Assembly: GCA_049975305.1 (NCBI GenBank)
Contig: JBNGDT010000002.1
Location: forward strand, 1 to 63,009
DNA length: 63,009 nucleotides
Reading direction: 5' to 3'
Origin: Bacteroidales bacterium
Lineage (GTDB): Bacteria; Bacteroidota; Bacteroidia; Bacteroidales; ML635J-15
Shown: positions 9,384 through 18,636 of the stretch, piece by piece
How the letters are laid out: every line of letters begins with the position of its first letter
Numbering within the stretch: the first letter of the stretch is position 1
Notes under the pieces: model-generated
The model's input: only the letters and a program-made list of their open reading frames with translations
Told to the model about the DNA's origin: nothing
Database searches by the model: none
Position numbers and translations under genes: made by a program

Positions 9384-12300
9384 TCACAGCATTTGTTTTA
9401 ATTCTGCAAGGCGTTTTTGTTTTTCAGGCTCTCGTGTTTTTCTTGCAGTGGCAGTGAAAAACCGATGTTTTTCCATGAATTTTATTTGCATTTTATTCCA
9501 TTGTTCAATGGTGCCGATTTTGTTTCGTTCAAACAATTCACGGAAAAAGTTTTGTGACATGGGAATAAAGTCGGGTCGTCCAAGGTAATCTAGGTCTGCA
9601 TCACAGATTATTTCTTCCAGTTTGTTTTTAGGCTTGGGCGGCATTTTAGTAGCCATGATGAGTTCACATATTTTATCAATTTGATTTTTGTTATATTGAT
9701 AAGTAGGCAGGGTCTTTTGTGTCAGTTCAACCCCTTTTTCCTCATGGTGGTCATAGCTTATAAGGTAGCCTGTGTCATGCATAAGTGCAGCCGTTTTTAG
9801 CAATAGCATTTCTTCATCGCTAACCCCTTCGTTGCGTGCTAACATTTCGGTTTGGTAATATACATTAATAGTATGTTTCAGGTTATGATAATACAGGTTT
9901 TTGGGCAAATTCTTTTCGAGTTTTTCAAATATATCATTCTGCAGGTCCTGTAGCCGTACCAACTGAGTTTTAACAATAAAATCATGATTAGGCACCAGCC
10001 TATTTTGGTCCTTTGCAAGTTTAGGCAAAATGCCTTTTACAAAATACATATCCATGTCGCTTTTGTTTTTAAATGCTGTTTTTCCCCTGTACATACATTC
10101 AAAGAAATCTTTTACATGGGAATAGGTGGTTGAGGATATATTGACCTGAAAAATTTCACCGTGAGATTCCATTCTGCTGGCGATATTGACGGTATCACCC
10201 CAGATATCATAGGCCAGTTTTTGTGTTCCGACAACGCCTGAAATAACAGGCCCTGTATGTATGCCAATGCGGATTTGAAAATTGACTTTATCTTCTGATG
10301 AAGATTGTTTCACCACATCTTGCATTTCCAAAGCTGCAAGTACAACTTCAATGGGGTTGGTGCTGTTCTGATAAGGAATGCCACCGGCACACATGTATGC
10401 ATCACCGATTGTTTTTATTTTTTCAATGTCAAATTTTTCAATGATCTGATCAAAAGATTTAAAAATCTTATCCAGCATTTTAATAAGCGCTTCGGGACGG
10501 GTCTCTTCTGCAATTTTTGTAAACCCCTGTATATCTGCAAATAAAACAGTGACCATTTCATATCTTTTCGAAGTGGCTTTTCCTTTTTCCGTAATTTCCT
10601 GTATGGTGGATTTTGGTAAGATTCTGTTTACAAGCCATTCTGTCTGTTCTTTTTGTTTCAAAAGCTCTTCGGTTCTCGATGCAATGATCTTTTCCAGTCG
10701 GTATTTGTCTTTAGCATGTTGATATGATCTTCGCATAACCAGCATGTACACAAAGCTTCCCATTACAGATATGTAAATAATAAATGCAAACCATGTCAAA
10801 TAAAAAGGCGGTTTTATGGTAAAGGAGAATTGAGTGATTTCCGTGACCTGGCCATAATCATTTTTTGCCCTGACCTGGAAAGTATATTCTCCGGCTGCCA
10901 GGTTTGTAAATTCTTTGAAAGTTTCTGAACTGTACTCTGACCAGTTTTTTTGTAAGCCCAAAAGCCTGGTTTGATATTTAATATCTTCACTGGTTTGATA
11001 AAAAGGAGCTGTGTATTCAAACCTGATGTTTTTTTGTTTGTAATGAAATGTGTAAATCGGGTTTTGTATCAGAAAAGGCGTTATCAATCCATTTTTTAGT
11101 AAGATACTGTCCTGATTAATGGTTATGTTCCGTATGATACAATGGTTTATTTTTGTTTTTTCCAGCTCTATATCGCGTTGATATCTTATTATGCCATTCA
11201 GGCTGCCAAACCAAACAGTGTTATCTTCTGTGAAAATACATTCAATGGTTTTATTTGAAATCAGCTGAAAAGGAAATAATTGTTGTTTATATGCTTTGTC
11301 TTTACCTTGATACAAGGCCACTCCTGTTTGTTTTTTATAGTTGTTTGTGTCCCCACTGCTAAACCACAAGTTCCCGGAAGAATCTTCATGAATGGGATAA
11401 ATCCATCTGCTTGATTGGGTAAAATCAAACCCCAACAATTTATCGGGTACAAACTCAGCTTCTTGTTTGATTCTGTAAACTCCCTGATAGGTTGAGAACA
11501 AAATCCCGTTAAGTGTATTATATACATCAATCCAATCAAAGTTTTCAGGCAGGCCAAAACCTTTTTGTATTTGTATAACAATAGGATCAAGTTGGTTAGG
11601 TTCCGAAAACTCTACCCTGAAAACTCCATCGTTATTTGACCCCAGCCATAAATTCCCGTTTATATCTTCGGCGATAGTACGTATGGAATTATCCAAATTA
11701 TGAATTTTGCCTGTAACATTGAGATTGCCGTTTTCCAGTTGCTTTGCAATTCTTAACCCATCAGAGCAGCTTATGTACAATTGATTCTGAAAGAACTGAG
11801 ATTTTTTAATGGTTTCTATATTCAGATCAAGTAACTGTTGTGCGCTATCACCATTTATCTGGTATATTCCGTAATCAGTACATGCATAAAAGTATTTCCC
11901 AATGCAGACAAGATTTTTTACACGGACATTAAGGTTTTTTATTTTTTGAAATATGGTTTGATCACAGTCAATACTTTTTTTAAGAGTATCCTGTATCAGG
12001 CTGGTTTCTGCAGTATAAACTCCCTGATTTGTGCTGTAATAAAGTTGGTCATTAAATTTATTGATGGCAAGAATGGATAAATTGAGACGCTCATCACCGA
12101 TATAATATGTAAATGGTGAAGACAGTTCAATGTAGCTAATGCCATTAAAGGTAGTAGCCCAGAGTTGATTATCAATATCAAAATGCATGTCAGTGACATG
12201 ATTATCTGCAAGCCCTGATGCTTTGTTTAAATGAAACACCAGTTGACCCTGTTTGTTAATGATAAAAATGCCGTTGATTTCCGTTGCTGCCAGCAGGTAT

Positions 12301-13088
12301 TTGTTCTTGTAATTGACAAGTTTGGTTGTTTTTGCTTCATCCAGCAAATTATCAACATGGGTATGTTTTCTAGTTAGTTTGTTGTTACTGATCTCATATA
12401 AGCCCACGCTTCTTTTAGGCTTTAAGATAAGTTTGTTATTAAAAACACACAAACTGGTTATTCCATCGTATTTAAACGGGTCTGCTTCAGGAATACGTTT
12501 AAATTGTTTATTGTCATATTGATATAAGCCCTCTCCACTAGCCCATAAATACATTTGCTTTTTTGTTTTAAATACCTTGATTTTATTTTTAAACTGTTTA
12601 TAGCAAGTCAATTTGTCATTTGCATATCTGAACAGACATGTATCGGAAACAAAAAAGACTTCTCCGCAGAATGCCACAACTGTATGTATTTGAGGAATAA
12701 CCCCAACATTATTGTCAACAATGGAAACAAATTCCGTTCCCTTGCGTGTGTTTTTTAAATATCCAACCTGATTATAGCCCCCCACAAATATTTGTTGTGA
12801 ACAATCGATGTCCATATGGGGAACACCTGTAAAACGAAGAATGTTCCAGTTTGTATTATCATAATCCAGAATGCCATTTGTATTGCTGAAATACATCACC
12901 CCGTTTTCAGCTTGAAGCGCTTCATAATTTTGACTTTCATATCCGTAATCGTTAGATTTAAAATTTGTTATCTTTGGCACGCCTAAAAGATTTTCCTGAG
13001 CTATTACAAAAGAAGTGCTCATGGAATGAAAAAGTGCAGCATTACAAATGGCGATTAAAATAAAAAGTAATTTATTGCTTTTGAACAT
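9384..13088 (-). CDS. Membrane sensor: periplasmic beta-propeller repeats + Y_Y_Y domain, one TM helix, class III adenylate/guanylate cyclase domain, C-terminal HD phosphohydrolase domain
   Basis: Signal peptide, then repeated propeller-type segments (NGNLWLGSNNDGVFR, SSGNLWFSSG, DNTVWFGSLNGIIRY). Y_Y_Y region: FEYTAPFYQ...YQTRLLGL...WSEY...AGEYTFQVRAKN. TM helix WFAFIIYISVMGSFVYMLVM (about 10735-10795). Cyclase motifs VTVLFADIQGFT, KTIGDAYM, GIHTGPVISGVVG and WGDTVNIASRMES (about 10030-10570). HD motifs YHNLKH, LMHDTG and DADLDYLG (about 9540-9900). Confidence 0.8.
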   Translation of the reverse strand: MFKSNKLLFILIAICNAALFHSMSTSFVIAQENLLGVPKITNFKSNDYGYESQNYEALQAENGVMYFSNTNGILDYDNTNWNILRFTGVPHMDIDCSQQIFVGGYNQVGYLKNTRKGTEFVSIVDNNVGVIPQIHTVVAFCGEVFFVSDTCLFRYANDKLTCYKQFKNKIKVFKTKKQMYLWASGEGLYQYDNKQFKRIPEADPFKYDGITSLCVFNNKLILKPKRSVGLYEISNNKLTRKHTHVDNLLDEAKTTKLVNYKNKYLLAATEINGIFIINKQGQLVFHLNKASGLADNHVTDMHFDIDNQLWATTFNGISYIELSSPFTYYIGDERLNLSILAINKFNDQLYYSTNQGVYTAETSLIQDTLKKSIDCDQTIFQKIKNLNVRVKNLVCIGKYFYACTDYGIYQINGDSAQQLLDLNIETIKKSQFFQNQLYISCSDGLRIAKQLENGNLNVTGKIHNLDNSIRTIAEDINGNLWLGSNNDGVFRVEFSEPNQLDPIVIQIQKGFGLPENFDWIDVYNTLNGILFSTYQGVYRIKQEAEFVPDKLLGFDFTQSSRWIYPIHEDSSGNLWFSSGDTNNYKKQTGVALYQGKDKAYKQQLFPFQLISNKTIECIFTEDNTVWFGSLNGIIRYQRDIELEKTKINHCIIRNITINQDSILLKNGLITPFLIQNPIYTFHYKQKNIRFEYTAPFYQTSEDIKYQTRLLGLQKNWSEYSSETFKEFTNLAAGEYTFQVRAKNDYGQVTEITQFSFTIKPPFYLTWFAFIIYISVMGSFVYMLVMRRSYQHAKDKYRLEKIIASRTEELLKQKEQTEWLVNRILPKSTIQEITEKGKATSKRYEMVTVLFADIQGFTKIAEETRPEALIKMLDKIFKSFDQIIEKFDIEKIKTIGDAYMCAGGIPYQNSTNPIEVVLAALEMQDVVKQSSSEDKVNFQIRIGIHTGPVISGVVGTQKLAYDIWGDTVNIASRMESHGEIFQVNISSTTYSHVKDFFECMYRGKTAFKNKSDMDMYFVKGILPKLAKDQNRLVPNHDFIVKTQLVRLQDLQNDIFEKLEKNLPKNLYYHNLKHTINVYYQTEMLARNEGVSDEEMLLLKTAALMHDTGYLISYDHHEEKGVELTQKTLPTYQYNKNQIDKICELIMATKMPPKPKNKLEEIICDADLDYLGRPDFIPMSQNFFRELFERNKIGTIEQWNKMQIKFMEKHRFFTATARKTREPEKQKRLAELKQML

Positions 13089-13153
13089 ATGAATAATTAA
13101 CTTAATTTAGTATTTTTATAAAATTTAGTAAATGTAACACAAATTAATCAATT

Positions 13154-13981
13154 ATGAAAAACAGGGAAAAAATTGTTATTGTCACTTGGGATTTTACAGA
13201 AGTTTCTGAGGCTGCTCTCTTGCATGCAGAGCGATATACAAAGGCTGCAGGAAGCAGAGTTCATGTAGTACACATTTGTGGTAAAAAAGATAACGAACAG
13301 GTATTGAAAGAAAAAATTGAGAAAGAGATTGCCGGAATAAACCTTTCCGGTTCTACTCCCATTGATGTTGTGGTTAAGAAAGGCAGCATATACTCTTCCA
13401 TCAATAAATACACAGAAGAAGTAAAAGCTGAGCTTGTCATCATGGGAACACATGGCATTATTGGTTCTCAAAAACTGTTCGGGAGCAAGGCCTTGAAAGT
13501 AATTGTTGGGTCGAAGGTCCCTTTCCTGACGGTTCAACAGAAACCTGTTCGTGAATTTAAAGAAATGGTTTTGCCTTTTGACAGCGATATGGAAGGCAGG
13601 GAAAAACTTAGATGGGTAATGTATTTTGCGAATAAATATAATCTTACGATCAGAATACTGAAAAAAATATCATCCATTAAAGACGTACAGAAAACCATCA
13701 ATAACAACGTTGCATTTGCAAAACGTATCCTGGATGAATATGACATTCCATACAAAGTGGATATTGAAACCAACACAAAAGAATTTCACGATGAAGTGGT
13801 GAATTTTGCTGAAAAAAACCGTTGCGGCCTGATTATGGTAATGACAACTAAAAATATTGACTGGACAAGTTATTTGTTCGGTGCTGAAGAACAAAAAATC
13901 ATTGCAAACAAGGCTAAAATTCCGGTTATATGTGTTAATCCAAGAGAAGACCTGCATAAACCAGTTTATTTTAATTCATAG
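13154..13981 (+). CDS. Universal stress protein (tandem USP domains)
   Basis: Two USP-like halves, each with the ...ELVIMGTHG / GLIMVMTT... nucleotide-binding-loop pattern. 275 aa. Confidence 0.7.
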   Translation: MKNREKIVIVTWDFTEVSEAALLHAERYTKAAGSRVHVVHICGKKDNEQVLKEKIEKEIAGINLSGSTPIDVVVKKGSIYSSINKYTEEVKAELVIMGTHGIIGSQKLFGSKALKVIVGSKVPFLTVQQKPVREFKEMVLPFDSDMEGREKLRWVMYFANKYNLTIRILKKISSIKDVQKTINNNVAFAKRILDEYDIPYKVDIETNTKEFHDEVVNFAEKNRCGLIMVMTTKNIDWTSYLFGAEEQKIIANKAKIPVICVNPREDLHKPVYFNS

Positions 13982-14154
13982 TCTTAAAATACCCAGCAGG
14001 CTCTCTCCCCTTGTCTGAATTATAGTTGTGATGAAACATCCATGAGAAAAAGAATTAACATACCCGTCCATTATCATTGGTTGTAATGAGTTGAATTAAC
14101 ATTTGTGAAATAATTTGGAGGTTACATCTGACCGTTGAAAATAAAAATAACCAG

Positions 14155-16935
14155 ATGAAACAAAAAAATATCCTATGGATAGTATTATCCGGCTTAGTGT
14201 TAGTGATTTTGCTTGTGGTGATATATTTAACCAGCCTGGAAAATAAAAATACAAACATAAGTAAAAGCATAAGCCTTGTGCCTGTGGATGTCAACATGCT
14301 GATAGAAATAAGTGATCCCACCAGGTTGATTGATTTTCTTCAAACTCAGCCCGTATTTTGGCAGGATTTGTTAAACGTCCCGGCGTTTGATAAATTAAAC
14401 CATGATATGTTATGGCTGGACAGCATGTTGTCAAATCATGATGTTCTCAATGAGTTGTTTTCCAGAAATAGTTTGATCATATCCATACATGATATAGGGA
14501 AGCATAAGCTTGGGTCATTATTTATCCTTGGAATTCCTGATAACATCAAAGATAAATCCGTTTTGCGCGAAATTGAAAATTTGGCAAAAAAAACAAACCT
14601 CCGGGAGCGGATGTATGAAAACATTAAAGTTTATGAGCTTCAAACAACCTCTGAAAAACATTATTCATACAGTATCTTTAAAGGAAATTTATTTTGGAGC
14701 GACAATCCCTTGTTGATTGAGGATGCCATAAGGCAAAGCGACATGGAAACATCAATTCTGAAAGACAAGGATTTTAAAACGGTATATGCTACCGCAGGAA
14801 AAAAAGAACTGGCCAATGTATATATTAACCTGGCCCACCTGAATCATCTTGTAAGCCCTTTTTTAAAATCCGGTATTGAGGAACATCATCCGGCATTGAA
14901 AAATTATGCATCGTGGATTGAACTGGATATGAGCTTAAGCGAATCCCTGATCAGCCTCAATGGTTTTGCTATTGCTCCGGATACTACAATGAATTACCTC
15001 AGGCACATTAAAGATCAATCAGCCATCAGCAATGAATTTGAATCCGTGTTGCCTGAAAACACAGCTTTGTTTTATGTAATGGGGCTTGATGACATTAAAA
15101 AATTCTCTTCCTTTCGTCGTTCATACCTTGATAAATACAAATATACCAGGTATTATAATGAACAAATAACGCAACTAACTGAAACATGTGGGTTCAATGT
15201 AGAAGATGCTATTTTTCCCATTGTGGATAATCAGGTATGTTATGCACTTTCCAATATTAATCAACTCGACATTTTTCAAAACAGCTATGTCCTGATCAAA
15301 ACAAAATCCAGAGCAAAAGCAGAGCAACATATCCGTAATTGTCTCCAGGATTATGCTAATCATACACAACAAAATGTTTCTGAATACATTAGTAAAATGG
15401 AAATGGATGCTGCAAATGATTTTACTGTGTACCGAATGCCTGTTGGGGATTGGCCTGAAGTGATGTTCGGTAGCTTTTTCAGAAATTTTCAACCAACGTA
15501 TTGCAGTGTACTGGAAAACATTGTGGTGTTTGCGCCATCAAAATCGGCATTGCGTAAGCTATTGAATAATTATTTGCTGAACCGGACCATTAATAAAAAT
15601 AATAATTACCAGGATTTTAAAAAAAATCTGTCCAGAGAATGTCAGGTGTTTTTTTACCTAAACAGCAACCTTGCTTTTTCATGGATGCATAATTTGTTGA
15701 ATGAAAATTATCAAGGCAAATTCAAAGCAAATGAAAACGTGATTAAAAAACATCAACATATTGCACTACAACAAATAATAAGTGATAATATGATATACCA
15801 TAACCTTGTTATTAAGCATTCAAATTACCAGGATGATAAACCTCATACCATTTGGGAAAGCCGCCTTGATACATGTATTCGTAGTAAACCAACACTAGTA
15901 AAAAACCATTATACAAATTCAACAGATTCAAAGGAAATTATTGTACAGGATGTGGGTAATAATATTTACCTGATTAACCACAAAGGGCATGTATTGTGGA
16001 AATTACCACTGGATGAACAAATTTTGGGTAAAATTTATCAGGTTGATGCTTATAAGAATGGTAAGCTGCAATATTTGTTTAACACAAAAAATAAAATATA
16101 CCTTATTGACAGGCGGGGAAACCATGTGGAACGTTTTCCTATCAATTTGCGATCACCGGCAACCTGTGGTCTGGCTTTGTTTGACTATGACAATACCCTT
16201 GATTACCGGATACTGATTCCATGTGCAAACAAAGAAGCTTACCTATATAATATTGAGGGCAATTTGGTTTCAGGATGGGAATTTAAAGGTTCGGAATATC
16301 TTGTCAGGCAAACACCCAAACATTTTCGTCATGAGAATTATGATTATATTGTGTTCAGTGATAAATACAGAATTTATATTTTAAACCGAAAGGGAGAAAC
16401 CCGCGTGCAACCAAAATACCACTTTCAAACATCTACAAATAACAGTTTTTATTTTGAAAAAAATGAGAATAAGGCTACATCCTGTTTTGTAACAACAAAA
16501 AATACGGGTACTATTATGCGAATATATTTAAACAATCTGGTAGATTCCCTGCATATTAGAAAATACAGCGATGAACACTATTTTATGTTTGAAGACCTGG
16601 ATGCTGATGGTGTTAAAGACTATATCTTTCTTGATGGCAATAAGTTAGAGGTGTATAGCCAGGGATTATCGATGATTATGACTTATACATTTGAAAATGA
16701 AATTACCGAAGCCCCAAATTATTATGTGTTTTCATCAGACAATCGTAAAATAGGTGTGACAGATTATGACAACGAAATGATATACCTTATCAACGCTGAT
16801 GGAACTTTACACCCGGGTTTCCCGTTAACTGGTAAAAGCCCGTTTAGCATAGCATACATGGCTCCTGACAAAATATATTTTAATCTTTTTGTTGGAGGCA
16901 AAGATAATTTTTTATACAATTACCAAATTAAATAA
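14155..16935 (+). CDS. N-terminally membrane-anchored protein of unknown function with C-terminal FG-GAP/beta-propeller-like repeats
   Basis: A single N-terminal TM helix (ILWIVLSGLVLVILLVVIYL). The last ~350 aa show repeated strand-rich segments and a Ca-binding-like DLDADGVKDYIFLDG motif. I recognise no catalytic motif. Long clean ORF (926 aa). Confidence 0.6.
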   Translation: MKQKNILWIVLSGLVLVILLVVIYLTSLENKNTNISKSISLVPVDVNMLIEISDPTRLIDFLQTQPVFWQDLLNVPAFDKLNHDMLWLDSMLSNHDVLNELFSRNSLIISIHDIGKHKLGSLFILGIPDNIKDKSVLREIENLAKKTNLRERMYENIKVYELQTTSEKHYSYSIFKGNLFWSDNPLLIEDAIRQSDMETSILKDKDFKTVYATAGKKELANVYINLAHLNHLVSPFLKSGIEEHHPALKNYASWIELDMSLSESLISLNGFAIAPDTTMNYLRHIKDQSAISNEFESVLPENTALFYVMGLDDIKKFSSFRRSYLDKYKYTRYYNEQITQLTETCGFNVEDAIFPIVDNQVCYALSNINQLDIFQNSYVLIKTKSRAKAEQHIRNCLQDYANHTQQNVSEYISKMEMDAANDFTVYRMPVGDWPEVMFGSFFRNFQPTYCSVLENIVVFAPSKSALRKLLNNYLLNRTINKNNNYQDFKKNLSRECQVFFYLNSNLAFSWMHNLLNENYQGKFKANENVIKKHQHIALQQIISDNMIYHNLVIKHSNYQDDKPHTIWESRLDTCIRSKPTLVKNHYTNSTDSKEIIVQDVGNNIYLINHKGHVLWKLPLDEQILGKIYQVDAYKNGKLQYLFNTKNKIYLIDRRGNHVERFPINLRSPATCGLALFDYDNTLDYRILIPCANKEAYLYNIEGNLVSGWEFKGSEYLVRQTPKHFRHENYDYIVFSDKYRIYILNRKGETRVQPKYHFQTSTNNSFYFEKNENKATSCFVTTKNTGTIMRIYLNNLVDSLHIRKYSDEHYFMFEDLDADGVKDYIFLDGNKLEVYSQGLSMIMTYTFENEITEAPNYYVFSSDNRKIGVTDYDNEMIYLINADGTLHPGFPLTGKSPFSIAYMAPDKIYFNLFVGGKDNFLYNYQIK

Positions 16936-16941
16936 ATTGAT

Positions 16942-18612
16942 ATGAAACGACATCGAATAGTTATTATCCCAGGTCTTATCATTGTTCTCATGTTGATAAT
17001 GCATGCCTGCATAAAAGACAATTTTGATTTTGATAAACTGACAAATGAAGTACACTGGAAACCCAGTCTGGCTGTCCCTATAGCTTATGGTAGCCTGCAC
17101 ATAATTGATGCCATTGAGGCTTATGATACTGTCGGCAGGCTGCAGGTGAATAATGAAGGTTTTTTGTCTCTGATGTATTTTGAAACGGTTGAATCCGATA
17201 CCGTATCAAAAATAATGGAAATTGGTAATCAGCAGTTGTACGTTAATATTCCAGCATCGGGTGTGGACTGGACCGGATTTAACACCGGTGATCACATGAC
17301 TGTTAGCCGATCCTATGATCTGCATTTTGATCTGTTTAATGATGAAGCTGAGCTGGACAGTATCTGGCTTGATCAGGGGTTCTTAAACATGGGAGCGGTT
17401 TCTTCGTATCAGCATGCAATTGAGTTGGTTATGACGTTACCCACCGTGACAAAAGACGGATCTCCATTTTCCCGTACCTTGAATTTGTTACCCTATGGCA
17501 GTTCAGATGAGGACATGAATAATGATATGGATGGATACAATGTTGACATGACCCAGACAGCACTTGGATTCAATGAAATTCCTATTGAGCTTGAAATAAC
17601 CTTTGTGCATTCAGGAGGCTCCAATACCGGAGATCTGGAATTTCAGGTGGACTTGTTAAATCCCGACCACGAAGCCATGTTTGGATACTTTGGATACAAT
17701 ACACTGATTTTTCAAAGTGGTAAAATTGATATTGACCTTTTTGATCCCGGCGATAATTGGGATATAGATGATTTTAAATTTGAAGATCCACAGTTCAAAG
17801 TTTATTATAAAAATTCGTATGGCATTCCTGCAAATTTTTATTTTGATTCGGTAATAGCTCACTCCGCTTATTTTGATGAAACGTATGATCTGGTTGATTA
17901 TGGTGCAGGATTACCAATGGATTCAACCGATCCTTACAATATTACTTACACTCAATATTTTGGTACGTTTATCGAAGATAGTTTGATACTGGATAAAAAT
18001 AACAGTAACATAAGCGAGATAATTTCACGCCGGCCTGCCTGGTTCAAATTTGTTGCTCATGCCCACACCAACCCATCCGGTGATGCAGGACATAACAATT
18101 TTGTTTGGGACGATTCAAAATTCATTGCTGATATTGAAGTGGAATTGCCATTATGGGGGTATATTGACAGGTTTCATGGCAGGGATACTGCTGACTTTAA
18201 CCTTGAAGTAGAGTTTGAAGACCCCGGCGTAATTGAATACCTCATGCTCAGGCTTACCATTGATAATGGTTTACCAGTGGAAGCCAATACGCAGGCGTAT
18301 TTTCTGGATGAGAATTATGTTGTGCTTGATTCGGTATTAAAAGAAACCGGAACACAAATAATTGCATCTGCAGAAGTGGATGGTGACGGAAGGGTAATCA
18401 ATAAAACCAGAAAAGTAACTGATGTTGTTGTAACAGGTGAAATGCTGGATAAACTGATGGCCACAAAGTATGTGGTTTACAGGGCAGATGCCTCAACCAC
18501 AGATGCTTCAAATGATAAACTTATTAAAATATATCCGGAATACAGTGTGGATTTCAATGTAGCCGTTGAAGCAGACCTGGATGTAGAAGTTGATCTGGAT
18601 ACAGTAAATTAA
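16942..18612 (+). CDS. Lipoprotein of unknown function
   Basis: Signal peptide with lipobox LIMHAC. 556 aa with an acidic C-terminus. Starts 6 nt after the preceding stop. Confidence 0.6.
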   Translation: MKRHRIVIIPGLIIVLMLIMHACIKDNFDFDKLTNEVHWKPSLAVPIAYGSLHIIDAIEAYDTVGRLQVNNEGFLSLMYFETVESDTVSKIMEIGNQQLYVNIPASGVDWTGFNTGDHMTVSRSYDLHFDLFNDEAELDSIWLDQGFLNMGAVSSYQHAIELVMTLPTVTKDGSPFSRTLNLLPYGSSDEDMNNDMDGYNVDMTQTALGFNEIPIELEITFVHSGGSNTGDLEFQVDLLNPDHEAMFGYFGYNTLIFQSGKIDIDLFDPGDNWDIDDFKFEDPQFKVYYKNSYGIPANFYFDSVIAHSAYFDETYDLVDYGAGLPMDSTDPYNITYTQYFGTFIEDSLILDKNNSNISEIISRRPAWFKFVAHAHTNPSGDAGHNNFVWDDSKFIADIEVELPLWGYIDRFHGRDTADFNLEVEFEDPGVIEYLMLRLTIDNGLPVEANTQAYFLDENYVVLDSVLKETGTQIIASAEVDGDGRVINKTRKVTDVVVTGEMLDKLMATKYVVYRADASTTDASNDKLIKIYPEYSVDFNVAVEADLDVEVDLDTVN

Positions 18613-18636
18613 TATTGATACATTAAACACATTGTC

